A DNA stretch of 64,000 nucleotides from a virus, in the IMG/VR virus record IMGVR_UViG_3300029305_002311; one strand, written 5' to 3'. Positions 49,511-59,928 of the stretch are shown here, piece after piece. Below the pieces are notes generated by a model. That model saw only the letters and a program-made list of their open reading frames with translations. It was not told the origin of the DNA and did no database searches. Every line of letters starts with the position of its first letter. The stretch's first letter is position 1. Position numbers and translations under genes: made by a program.

Positions 49511-50452
49511 TTAATTTAATGTAGCCTTCCCTGAGAAAGCTGCTGAAAATTTAATAGTAATTTTATTAATTGAATTGTAAATGACTTCTCCTTGGACCTC
49601 AGTGCCTGCAGAGTCTATTACTGATACTGCTGGGTGCTTATTTAGATTGTGAGTTATTTCCCAAGTGTCTGAAGGAGAAGATTGTATATGTAAATAAGTT
49701 TTGTCTCCTGTTCCCTCTAAAGTCACATAATCTGATAAGTTTGAGTTCTTAGCTTGAACATTTAAGTTATCACACCCAAGTAAAAGTTCTCCATTAGTTT
49801 TAACTTCTATTGAAGCAGTGTTTGGTGGATTTGTTGAGTCTTCTCTTCTCGGTAATGCGTAATCTGAAGAGTTCTTCATTATGATTTGTTGTCCAGCTGC
49901 ATCTATTATCTTAAGAGTTTCTTCACCGTCTTTATCATTTATTAAAATAGTAGCTCCCTTAAAAGATTTATATAATACTTGGTAAGCTTCTCCATCTATA
50001 TCAGTAATTCTATCATCAGAATTTATAATAAATGACTTTCCATCAAATGTCTCTTCATTATCATTGTAAGACTTAGAAAAATTACCTATTTTTGTAGGTA
50101 TTCCTCCAAAGTACAATGGCTTATCTGAATCATTAAACTCAAAAGTAACGAATACTCTTGTTCCTTTAGTTGGGACTATAAATTGACCAACATCATTTCC
50201 AGCTCCTGCCATTATAGCTGGCCTAGCCCAAGGAAGAGCTGAATTTTCTAAATAGAATGAATTATTTCTATTACCTCCATGAAGAGATGGTATTCTTATT
50301 TTCACTCTACCAAGTTTTAATGGGTCATTTGTATCTTCAACTATAGCCATATAAAAAGCATTACAATTAAAATCTTTATTTAAACTCTTCTTAAATTCTT
50401 CTCTATTAGTTAAGTCTGAGGATTTAATTCTATTTATTTTTGTATCAAACAA
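49511..50452 (-). CDS. Baseplate spike OB-fold protein, T4 gp5-like N-terminus
   Basis: MAIVEDTNDPLKLGRVKIRIPSLHG...LPWARPAIMAGAG...FIVPTKGTRVFVTFE. Confidence 0.7.
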   Translation of the reverse strand: MFDTKINRIKSSDLTNREEFKKSLNKDFNCNAFYMAIVEDTNDPLKLGRVKIRIPSLHGGNRNNSFYLENSALPWARPAIMAGAGNDVGQFIVPTKGTRVFVTFEFNDSDKPLYFGGIPTKIGNFSKSYNDNEETFDGKSFIINSDDRITDIDGEAYQVLYKSFKGATILINDKDGEETLKIIDAAGQQIIMKNSSDYALPRREDSTNPPNTASIEVKTNGELLLGCDNLNVQAKNSNLSDYVTLEGTGDKTYLHIQSSPSDTWEITHNLNKHPAVSVIDSAGTEVQGEVIYNSINKITIKFSAAFSGKATLN

Positions 50453-50458
50453 TTATTG

Positions 50459-52748
50459 TCACCTCTCCTTCACACCAAGTCTCTCAGCTAACATTGAGGC
50501 TGGTCTTTGTCTTAAATACCCTTGGTCATTGTACCAATCTGATTTATACCATACATAATCATCGTAAGATACTGGAGTATAAGTAGTTATCTCAGAACCA
50601 TTAGAGTATTTTGTTATTGTATGTAGCTTAATGTCTGTCTCTTTACCATCATTATATGAATAACTTACTTTGTAAGAAACATCTACTACAGTAGTTTCAA
50701 GATTTCCAATGTTCTTAATTAGCTTACAAGTTTGAGTATAACCATCTGCAGAAATATTATCTTCCATACTAGTGATATAATAGCAACCTGATGAATAATG
50801 TCTAGCTCCATTTCCCATAATTACTATATTTACAAAACCACCAGGGTATAGATTAGCTCCTGATTCTCCGCCATACAGTCATTTCTGCAGTAGTAGTTAA
50901 ATTTTGCAGTTCATTCCATGTGCTGTATATCTTCTTTTCAAAAGAAGATGCACTATCTGAACTAGTTATTTGATTAGGACTTATCTGGTATTCCCACCAA
51001 TTTTGATACAATTTAGATTTTTCTTTATCTTCTTCTGATGTGTCTGCTCCTAGTACATTTTCTCCACCTATAGTAAAAATATCGCCACTTATATCATCTA
51101 AGGTAGCTTCATCTACATTAGGTCTTCCTGTAACCTCATCATATAAATTACCAGTCATTGCAAGAGCACCTACATTTCCTGTAGAAAATGATATTATAAT
51201 TGAATCATCTGTGCCATAAGTTAGAGTAGGAGCAGTAGCTGCATTTGCATTATAATCTATATGTTCAAAGTTATGTCCTCTATTATCTACATAATATTTA
51301 AATCCAGAAGATTGTATTAAATAATTCTTACCATATAATGCATTACCAGCAGTGCCAGACTCTACAGTCATTGCATATTTACAAAGTACATTAGTTATAT
51401 ATTCTGCAGCAGTTTCATTCTCTTGTATAACTCTCATTCCAGCAACCCATTGAGTGTCTTCCACATTACCAGTACTAAAGTATGGAGTGTATTTTTCTAT
51501 TGGAGACCCTCCAGTTTTACCAGCATATACTTTCATTATTCTTTTAAATATTCTAGCTGGATTATAATATACTGTTGGAGTTTCTGTAGCATCTCCAGGA
51601 GTTATTTCTGTCTCTTGAGATTTTGTACTTCTTTTAAGACTATAAGTATTTAAATCTTCTCCTAAATCTTTTACTCTATAGAATCTCTTTACATGTTCTA
51701 CGTATTTATCATCACCAAAGCTTGCAGAAAATCCCATCTTTAGTTTATAATCTAAACACCATCTTTGAATAAATGGTTCATTTTTATGATGCAATGTTGC
51801 CCATCTAGCAAAGTTAACTCCAAAATTATAAGCTTGTAATGCTACTTCTACTTTGTTATTAGCAGCATCTAAGCATTCTTTAAAGTATTTAGGCCCCTGT
51901 GCAATACTTTCATCTAATGTAATTGAGTTTGGCTTTTTACCAAGTGACTCACTACATTGAAACATATCAGGTAAATCACTTGGATTTTTTCCTCCAGACT
52001 CTTGTCTTAGAATAGCCATTACTACTGGAAGAAAAGCAGATATACCAAGTTCTTGACATCTAGTAGTTACTCTACTTCTCAGTGATTCTACATTTGAACT
52101 ATTAATAAGGTCTTGTCCAGATTTTGATTTATTAGAAAATAATGACCCAGTAGTATTTTTGCTTGATATATTGGCTTTAGCTAAAGCCTCTGACCCATCA
52201 TCAGGATTTGTATACTCTATATCAGACCCAGGTATACCACTTTTAAATTCTAGCACAGCACACACATTTTCATTATTTATATAATCTGTGTAAAGTTCAT
52301 CAGTTTTTCCTTCAATGCTTCCTTTTCCGTCTACTACCCATTGTCCATCTATAAATTTAGCTTCTCCTACCCACTCTATATTAGCTCTTTCAAACCAATA
52401 TTTTGAAGATTCAGTTGTTCCACTACTGAAAACACCAGTGATTGATATAAGAGTTCCCTTACCAACAAAAGAAATCTGATAGTTCATACAAGTTCCTGAA
52501 AAAGTAACTTTCTTTGTGATATCTTTAGCAGAACAATATTGAACTGAAATAGGAGCTAACTCTTTCTTTTTTTGAAGTAAGTTTTCTAAAGCATAAGCAG
52601 TTTCATCAAAAGCTTCTAAAGTGAATGAATTAGCTGTGTCTCCGATATGCCTTTTTATTTTTAGATTTATAAAATTTTCTTTGCTAATAGTAATTGAGCT
52701 TCCATTTATAGTGACTAATACTTGAATTGCTCCTTGTAGTACTCCCAT
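50459..52748 (-). CDS. Baseplate hub with internal lytic transglycosylase-like domain, ~762 aa if +1 recoded at CGG (50868-50870); split in track as 50853..52748 and 50459..50818
   Basis: VVMAILRQESGGKNPSDLPDMFQCS...ALQAYNFG; junction EMTVW-GESGANLYPGGFVNIVIMGNGARHYSSGCYYITSMEDNISADGYTQTCKL reads through as a hub C-terminal domain. Confidence 0.85.
50865..50873 (-). promoter_or_regulatory. Putative +1 recoding site TGG-CGG-AGA
   Basis: In-frame CGG, zero-frame stop 5 codons later (TAA at 50853); skipping C50870 joins frame of 50459..50818. Confidence 0.8.
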
Positions 52749-52759
52749 TCAATCACCTC

Positions 52760-53272
52760 CTATGTTCCCTCTTCTTCTATATAAGTTGCTCCGTAGACTG
52801 CATCTCTAGTTCTTGTTATAGATAAGTCTATAGAACAAGAAGTTATTTCTCCCATCTTAACTAAAGTTCCCCATGACACTCCAACTGAGTTAGTAATACC
52901 ATGAATAGTATAATTTCCAAGTTGAAGAGTTATCTCTGGAGCACTTACTACTCCTGCAGTATAAACTGGGTAAGCCAATGCTTGAAGTGCTCTTACATAT
53001 TCTCTTAAAGAAGAAAATCCACTAGGTATATAATCTTCAGTTAAATTTTTAAGAGAAAGTGTAATTGTTGGAGCTGTAGTACTTGAATATAGTATTCTTG
53101 GTGCTGAAGCTCCAACTATCTCTTGTGTAGAATAGTTAGCAGTTACTGACTCACTAATTCCTTCTGGCATTACAGGAAACGGAATCCTTGTACCAGTTAT
53201 CTCATTAGTTATTCCACTTACAAATCTATCTAAATCATATCTTTTTATTCTTGTAAATTTTTCTTTTTTCAT
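52760..53272 (-). CDS. Baseplate/tail protein (hub-proximal)
   Basis: Position between tape measure and hub. Confidence 0.6.
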   Translation of the reverse strand: MKKEKFTRIKRYDLDRFVSGITNEITGTRIPFPVMPEGISESVTANYSTQEIVGASAPRILYSSTTAPTITLSLKNLTEDYIPSGFSSLREYVRALQALAYPVYTAGVVSAPEITLQLGNYTIHGITNSVGVSWGTLVKMGEITSCSIDLSITRTRDAVYGATYIEEEGT

Positions 53273-53289
53273 ATTAATCCTCCATTAGA

Positions 53290-56200
53290 TTAAAAGTCTG
53301 GGCCAGAAGTTCTAGATTTAGAAAAAGCATCTAGTAACATTTGTTGTTCATCTTGTTTTTTAGATATACTTTCTAAATAAGAGATAAGTTTATTAAACCC
53401 ACCATCTACAGATGATACTATTCTTGTAGCACCAGTATCACTACCACCTACATTTTTCTCAGAGTTTCTAGCTATATTAGCTCCAGGAATAAATCTTCTA
53501 GTAGATGGACTAGCAGCTGCATTCACTAATCCAGAAGAGCTAGAAGCTGAAGAAGTAGCATCTCCAAGTCCTAAGCTTCCTGAACCGCCAAACATATCAA
53601 GAGTAACGTAAGGCCAAGGGTTAATATCATCTGATTCATTATTAGTTTTATTTACTTGGAAGTGTAAGTGAGAACCAGTAGAGTTTCCTGTATTTCCAAC
53701 ATACCCTATTAAGTCTCCTCTATTTACTGTAGCTCCATTCTTTATATTTGCAAATCTAGATAAATGTCCATATCTATTATAGAATCCAGTAGCTTTATCA
53801 TGTATTCTAATTGTATTACCATAACCGCCTTCTGAGCTAGAGAAGTAAATAGTTCCTCCGTGAGCTGCTCTAATAGGAGTTCCAGTGGCTGCTGCAAAAT
53901 CTAATCCTCTATGTCTATCTATTAATCCATCATTATTAACATCTCTATTAGTGTAAGTACCGTAAGCAGAAGTCAAAGACCACCCAGACGGTAATCCCAT
54001 TTCTTTGCCTGCATACCCTACGTCTGTTCTACTTGATACAGTTTTACCAAGAATTATTTTTTGTTGTTTGTTATATAATGAATCTGATTGACCTCCTACA
54101 TTTTTTTCTAATCCTCTATAGGCATTAGCTTCTTTAGCATTTAAAACCATTTCTCCTTTATGTAATAGAGCTCTAAATCCATCTCTTGGAACATACGATA
54201 AACCATTCATTAAATATCTATCAAACCATGCTGTATCTTTTAAAACTGTATCTTTTTCTAGTTGATAGCCACCAGAAGTCTTCGGTGCATATTTCCATAA
54301 GTCATCATTTGATTTTAATTGTTCTATAATAAAACTAGGGGTCCATCCTTCATTCTTAACTACCTCTTTAAGTTCTTCTTCAGTAAACCCAAATTGACTT
54401 AGCATTCCAGCTTTATCAGCTAAAATATAATACAACAATTCTGTTAAGTATTGACCTTGATTTCCTACAAAATATGCATTCTGTCTTTCATTATTTCTAA
54501 TTATATTTAAATAGTTTCTATTATCATGTTCAGCTCCACCAATTCTACCTGCGGTAGTATTCCATAGCTCTGCAAAACCAGTTCCTACAGTCTTCCAAGC
54601 TTGACCGAAGGTTCCAGTACCGTATTTACTATTTACAGCATCTGTACCTTTTAGTTCTTTATACAAATTATTAGTTTGAGCTAATTCATCTTGAGGATTG
54701 TTCATAGCATATTTGTCGCCCTCTTTGCTAACAGCTTTTTTATCAAAATAATCACTTAGTTTACCAATTCCTGCTGTAATAGCAATAGGAGCGGCTACTG
54801 CAGCTGCATATGTAAGACCAGTAGCTAAAGCACCTCCAGAAGCAAGTAATCCTGTAGAAGAAGCTCCACCACCTAACATCTTAGATAATCCAGCGGCTAA
54901 ACCGCCACCGTTTTTCCAACCGCTAATGAAGTTGCCCAATCCTTTAAATAAAGATACAGCTCCAGAAGCTAGATACATTGCAAAAGCAGCATTAGCTAGA
55001 TTCATTGTTCCTTTATAACCTAATATTTGCTCACTCATTAATGATGCGCTATTAGATATTTTTTCCAACATAGTTAATTCTGTAGTGTCTTTTACATACT
55101 CTTCTACATCTTTTGAAGTAGTTTTTAATATACCTGCAATAGCTTGACTTTCTTTTTCAGAATACTGTCCTCCATCAAATCTCTTCATTGCAGAAATTAC
55201 ATCATCTCCAACTACATCAGCAATTCCATTCAATTGTTTTTGCATTAATGCATTTCCTAATGGATTGCTTGATGTCTGGTTAAATAAAGAAGACTTAGAG
55301 AAAGAATCTAACCAAGCATAAATTGCATCTCTTTGACCAGCTTCTGAAGTATTTGTAGTTAAAGTGTTATATAGTCTGCTATAATCAGACCCAAATATAC
55401 TAATCCATCCTTCTGAGCCAGGGTTTGTAATAAAATCATTAAATGCATTTGAAATTGCTTTTGCAGTAGTATCTCCATACATATTAGTAAGCACTGTTCC
55501 CATAGTAGTCATAGCAGCATTTTGAGCTGATATAGCTTTATCACTCATTCCTATAGCATATTTGCTATCAGTACTTCCATAAGCTATGTCAGATAATGCA
55601 GTTAATTGTTCTTGAGATACTCCTAATTCAGACTTTAATAATCCAACTATAGTTCTATTGTGTTTATCTAGCATAGTGTAGTCATTAGTCTGTTTCATAT
55701 ATTTAAATATTGCTTGTTGAGTTTCATCAGATACTCCTAAATATTTATTACCAATAATAGATGCTCTCATCTGTTGCTCTGCAACTTTCTGAGAAGTAAT
55801 ATTATATTTATCTATTTTTTCAAAATAAGCATACATATCATCTGCACTAAATAAATCACCCATCTGTGCATTCATATTTTGTAACTCACTTACTAATGAT
55901 TGACTAAATCTACTATATTGTGAGTCTGAAGTCATTCCAAACTGTTTCATTAATTGATTTCTAGCTGATAATCTACTTTTAGCAGCTTGTTCAGGATTAG
56001 CTATACTTTGAAGATTAAGCATATTAGATAAATCTTTTGTAAAGTTAGCTGCATTCTTAAGAGTTGTAGATAAAGACTTACCTAAATCAGCAGATGTCTT
56101 ATTTAATGTATTTGCAGTGTCTTTCATGTCTTTATTAGTATCATCTGCTATTTCTTTAACTTTATTCATGTAACGCATAGCTTCTTTTAAGCTACCTAAG

Positions 56201-56637
56201 TGTTTTTTATCTGCATCTGACTGAGACTCTTGTGTGCTTTCTAATACATCACTGTAAGCTCTTTGCCCATTTATTAAAAGCTTGTTAGACTCTTTAATAA
56301 GCTTTATAGACTCTTCAAAATCTATATTTCTAGTTTCTTTTACATATTTTAATGTTTTTAGCTGTTCTTCTAATGCTTTCTGTTGTTTATTAAATCTATT
56401 TTGTTCAACTTTGCTTAAATTCTTAGTAAGAGAAGCAATTTCATTGTAATATTTAAGCATTTGTTCTAATTGACCCTTAGTACTGTCTAAGTACCCAGAA
56501 TCTTCTCTATAAAATCTTTCAGAGTAAGCATTTCCTGCCATTCTATTTTGAAGATTTCCAGTCACTCCCATGTTTGGAGTTCCATTAGAACTATATGAAA
56601 TCTGTCCTCCACCAGAATTATTTCCATTAGTTGCCAT
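53290..56637 (-). CDS. Tape measure protein with M23 peptidase domain
   Basis: Length 1115 aa, helical N-term, HRGLDFAAATGTPIRAAHGG...GYGNTIRIHD...YGHLS...GNTGNSTGSHLHFQV. Confidence 0.9.
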   Translation of the reverse strand: MATNGNNSGGGQISYSSNGTPNMGVTGNLQNRMAGNAYSERFYREDSGYLDSTKGQLEQMLKYYNEIASLTKNLSKVEQNRFNKQQKALEEQLKTLKYVKETRNIDFEESIKLIKESNKLLINGQRAYSDVLESTQESQSDADKKHLGSLKEAMRYMNKVKEIADDTNKDMKDTANTLNKTSADLGKSLSTTLKNAANFTKDLSNMLNLQSIANPEQAAKSRLSARNQLMKQFGMTSDSQYSRFSQSLVSELQNMNAQMGDLFSADDMYAYFEKIDKYNITSQKVAEQQMRASIIGNKYLGVSDETQQAIFKYMKQTNDYTMLDKHNRTIVGLLKSELGVSQEQLTALSDIAYGSTDSKYAIGMSDKAISAQNAAMTTMGTVLTNMYGDTTAKAISNAFNDFITNPGSEGWISIFGSDYSRLYNTLTTNTSEAGQRDAIYAWLDSFSKSSLFNQTSSNPLGNALMQKQLNGIADVVGDDVISAMKRFDGGQYSEKESQAIAGILKTTSKDVEEYVKDTTELTMLEKISNSASLMSEQILGYKGTMNLANAAFAMYLASGAVSLFKGLGNFISGWKNGGGLAAGLSKMLGGGASSTGLLASGGALATGLTYAAAVAAPIAITAGIGKLSDYFDKKAVSKEGDKYAMNNPQDELAQTNNLYKELKGTDAVNSKYGTGTFGQAWKTVGTGFAELWNTTAGRIGGAEHDNRNYLNIIRNNERQNAYFVGNQGQYLTELLYYILADKAGMLSQFGFTEEELKEVVKNEGWTPSFIIEQLKSNDDLWKYAPKTSGGYQLEKDTVLKDTAWFDRYLMNGLSYVPRDGFRALLHKGEMVLNAKEANAYRGLEKNVGGQSDSLYNKQQKIILGKTVSSRTDVGYAGKEMGLPSGWSLTSAYGTYTNRDVNNDGLIDRHRGLDFAAATGTPIRAAHGGTIYFSSSEGGYGNTIRIHDKATGFYNRYGHLSRFANIKNGATVNRGDLIGYVGNTGNSTGSHLHFQVNKTNNESDDINPWPYVTLDMFGGSGSLGLGDATSSASSSSGLVNAAASPSTRRFIPGANIARNSEKNVGGSDTGATRIVSSVDGGFNKLISYLESISKKQDEQQMLLDAFSKSRTSGPDF

Positions 56638-56650
56638 TAAGTCTCACCTC

Positions 56651-57587
56651 CTACAATAGTGAACGTTTATGTTCTTTTCTCCATTCTGTAAGATATGTAG
56701 CCAATTCTTTTCTAGAGTAAGAATCTAAAGAATCCGAATATTGAAAAGAAACGCCTAAATCAAGAAGATAGAATTGCTCTTCATAGACTGTATTCAATGA
56801 ATTCGCTATGAAAGCTAAAGTATCTTTGATATTTTCAGGCGTTTCTACAATTTCTTTATTCAGTAGGATGAAAGAACTCTGGGCTAATTAACCCAGCTAC
56901 CTCCATTTCCTCACCGCATCTACTACATACTCTTTCATTAGAATTATCTAGACTAAAGTCTAGTTTGCTAATAGCTTTTTGTATTGTGTTTAAATCTCTT
57001 AAGTTTAAGTTATCTACGTAATGTAATTTATCTTCATTGCTTTCGAAGTCTTCGCCGTTTCTAGTCACTATAAGTTCTGATAATTTAAGCAATAACTCAT
57101 ATTCTTCTGGATTTTTTAGTTTACCTTTGCTTACTTTTTGTTTAACTGTTTTTTCTATTCTTTGAGTATCTCCTCTGCTTAATAATTTAAGTTGAAGAGT
57201 ATCTTTATTCACTGGTAATGTTACTGTAAGCTTTTCTTCTATTCCTTCAGTGTCTAATATCTCTACACTCATTTCAGATATATCTATTTCTACAGGCTGT
57301 TTAGTTCCACAATGAGGGCATACAACCTCTTGCATGTATGTATTACCAAAAGTTAACTCTCTTAATGCAAATGTTAGATACATTATATCATTTTGATGTA
57401 GAGTAGTGGTATCTAAATCCTTTGGTTCAATACAACATGATTTGATAAGTCTGTCTAAAAATCCTAAATCTCTAGAAGTATAAAGTAATTTCTCCTCTTT
57501 TGTAGTCATTGCTCTTAATGTAATTTCTTTTGGTCCACCGAAATAACCATTACTTGGTAGCTTAAATGTTTTTTCAAAACTTTCCAT
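56651..57587 (-). CDS. Tail assembly chaperone pair: ORF 56856..57587 (PF12322/T4 gp26-like, zinc-ribbon pairs) plus +1-frame extension to 56651, fusion ~311 aa
   Basis: +1 frame is open for 72 aa (ILLNKEIVETPENIKDTLAFIANSLNTVYEEQFYLLDLGVSFQYSDSLDSYSRKELATYLTEWRKEHKRSLL) with no ATG; slippery TTC-TTT-C at 56876-56870; immediately precedes the tape measure. Confidence 0.7.
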
Positions 57588-57740
57588 AAATTGATTCCTC
57601 CTAAAATTATTCTAATACTTTACTTTAAAATATTCTACATATTTTATTATTCCTCTAATATTATATATAACTAAGCAACAATTTACTATTCTCTTATATT
57701 TCACTAATTATAGCTAACACTAAGATAATAAACAATATAA

Positions 57741-57790
57741 ATGACTTCAGAAAATGTATCTGAAGTCATTCTGGTGCTTTCGTTTTTACT
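57741..57790 (+). repeat. Dispersed motif, hairpin copy F (ATGACTTCAGAAAATGTATCTGAAGTCATTCTGGTGCTTT); may act as terminator on minus
   Basis: Perfect 11-bp stem ATGACTTCAGA/TCTGAAGTCAT; core shared with copies A-D. Confidence 0.6.
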
Positions 57791-57797
57791 ATGATTA

Positions 57798-58382
57798 TTA
57801 TTTATCTAAGTCTTCTCTATAAGCGTAATCGTAAGTTATAGTCACAGTTATTTGTTTTTCTCCACCGTCATCATAAGTTAATTCTCCATATTCAACTGAT
57901 GATGGCCAACATCCAACTAGTTTCCAAGTTCTCATTTGCTCACCGTTTGGAGTATACTCTATAACTGTAGCTCTTATTTTATAATCAGCTGCTAATCCCA
58001 TAATACCAGTTTTTGGATTATAAACTCTGTTTCTCCAGTTAAGGAATTGTTTTTCTGTATCATAGTCTATAGCATCTCTTAGAACTAAATTTGTAGTTTC
58101 AAAAGTAGTTCTTCCAGCTGTTTTTATAGTTTGATTAAAGTAGTTAACATCATTTGATTCAGTAGTTTCTTTAGGTAAAGGAAAGTTAACTACCATAAAT
58201 CTTAAATTTGGATTTATATAAGAATTATCTATGTTATCTGGGTCATTTGATGCTTCTGAACTTCCAAAGTATATTTCAAAGTGATTTTTTCTTTGTAACT
58301 GGAATTCTTTTCTATTAAATCTTGTGGCTAATAAGCTTCCATCTGTTTGCATTGTATGTTTATTAGGGTTGTTTTCTGCCAT
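57798..58382 (-). CDS. Tail tube protein, T4 gp19-like
   Basis: NHFEIYFG...MVVNFPLPKETTESNDVNYFNQTIKTAGRTTFET...DYDTEKQFLNWRNRVYNPKTG. Confidence 0.8.
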   Translation of the reverse strand: MAENNPNKHTMQTDGSLLATRFNRKEFQLQRKNHFEIYFGSSEASNDPDNIDNSYINPNLRFMVVNFPLPKETTESNDVNYFNQTIKTAGRTTFETTNLVLRDAIDYDTEKQFLNWRNRVYNPKTGIMGLAADYKIRATVIEYTPNGEQMRTWKLVGCWPSSVEYGELTYDDGGEKQITVTITYDYAYREDLDK

Positions 58383-58402
58383 AATCTATCTAACCTCCTC
58401 TA

Positions 58403-59914
58403 CTATATTTCCACTACAGCTGTGATTTCATCAGTGACTGTAAAGTCTATAGTGATGAATTCTGCAACTTCTTGTGGTTTTATTTTGATGATACCGTTCA
58501 ATTCATTTCTAGCTATTGTTTCTTCAGTATTTATAGTTCCATCCATTATTACTTTATAGTCTGAAATTCCATTACCAGATTTAATGTTTTCTAATAAAGA
58601 TTCTACTCTATCTTTCCATCCTACAAAAGTGCTTGTAGTAATTGGTTCAAATAAGTAGTCATAAGAAACTAAGTAAGCTCTTCTAGTAATATATTTTACT
58701 AATCTAGCTACATTTACTCTATCAAAGAAATTAGAGTTAGAAGATGTAGTTTTATTTCCCCAGATTATAAATCCTTTACCAGAAATATTATTTATGCAGT
58801 TAACTGCCATTTCAGCATCATATAAAGCAGACATTTGTTCTTCTGTTAATTTAACTGCTAGTTTATTAACTAATGGTAAAGTACCTCTATTTACACCAGC
58901 TGGAGCTCCCCATTTCATTATGCTATCATTTTTTGCATATCCGTTTAATACTGCAATTGAAGCTGGTATTTCAGCATCAAAGTCTGTATAGTATACATTA
59001 GGGAAATACAATGCTAAAGTTCCTCTATCATCAGGCGAGTAATTAGCTATGGCTCCATTAAATTCTTCAACAGTATCAGCTTTTGGAGAGGCTAATACAA
59101 CGAAGTTATTTTTTTGAGCTAATTCTATAGCATAATTAACTACTTCATAGTTAGTGTATTCTGGTATAACCATTACATCTATATTTTTGTCTTGTCCATC
59201 ATATAAGTCTATTAATTCTTTTACTTTTGCAGTTTCTACTGGAGTAGTGTTTCCACAGTTTCCTCTTTCTATATAAGCAGAGAATCCAGAAACAAACTCA
59301 TCTAATTCTGGAACTTCATCTTCTGCAGTTTTTCCTATGAAAGCATTTGTTAAAGTGATTCCTAAGTTAGCTGAATTTATAGAATTTACTAATTTATTTA
59401 GTATAAATTCTAAACCACCAACTAGAGTTTCTCCTTCATATTCTGCAGCTTTAAGAACGTCTGCTGTACAATCTTCTTTAATTGAGATTGTGTTCTTTCC
59501 AGTAATTGCAGATAAATCAATCCATAGTTTATGAGTTTCTCCATCATATACTAATTTTATCTCTTTTCCATTAAATAAATCTGTTTTGTAATTTGTTTCA
59601 ACTGTGAATAAATCTAATCCTCCAGCTGATTTTACAGTTGCAGTTCCTACAGTAGCTTCGTTTTCATTAGCTATTCTAGTAACTAAAACATAAGAATAAG
59701 TTCTTAAGTAAGTTTGCATTGCGTAAGCACTTGGAGTAGTAGTGTCAGATTCACCGAAAATAGATTTGAATCCAGCTTCACTAGTTATAGTTTCTACAGT
59801 TCCTATAGGTCCAGATTTAGTCTTCATAATAACTACTGGTACGAATGGAATAAGAGTATTAGCTGTTGCTAGTGTTTCTTCTCCAACGTTTACTTTTACA
59901 TTTGGTAAAGCCAT
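58403..59914 (-). CDS. Tail sheath protein, T4 gp18-like
   Basis: GPIGTVETITSEAGFKSIFG...FVVLASP...WIVWGNKTT-like GFIIWGNKTTSSNSNFFDRVNVARLVKYITR. Confidence 0.9.
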   Translation of the reverse strand: MALPNVKVNVGEETLATANTLIPFVPVVIMKTKSGPIGTVETITSEAGFKSIFGESDTTTPSAYAMQTYLRTYSYVLVTRIANENEATVGTATVKSAGGLDLFTVETNYKTDLFNGKEIKLVYDGETHKLWIDLSAITGKNTISIKEDCTADVLKAAEYEGETLVGGLEFILNKLVNSINSANLGITLTNAFIGKTAEDEVPELDEFVSGFSAYIERGNCGNTTPVETAKVKELIDLYDGQDKNIDVMVIPEYTNYEVVNYAIELAQKNNFVVLASPKADTVEEFNGAIANYSPDDRGTLALYFPNVYYTDFDAEIPASIAVLNGYAKNDSIMKWGAPAGVNRGTLPLVNKLAVKLTEEQMSALYDAEMAVNCINNISGKGFIIWGNKTTSSNSNFFDRVNVARLVKYITRRAYLVSYDYLFEPITTSTFVGWKDRVESLLENIKSGNGISDYKVIMDGTINTEETIARNELNGIIKIKPQEVAEFITIDFTVTDEITAVVEI

Positions 59915-59928
59915 ATTTATTTCCTCCT

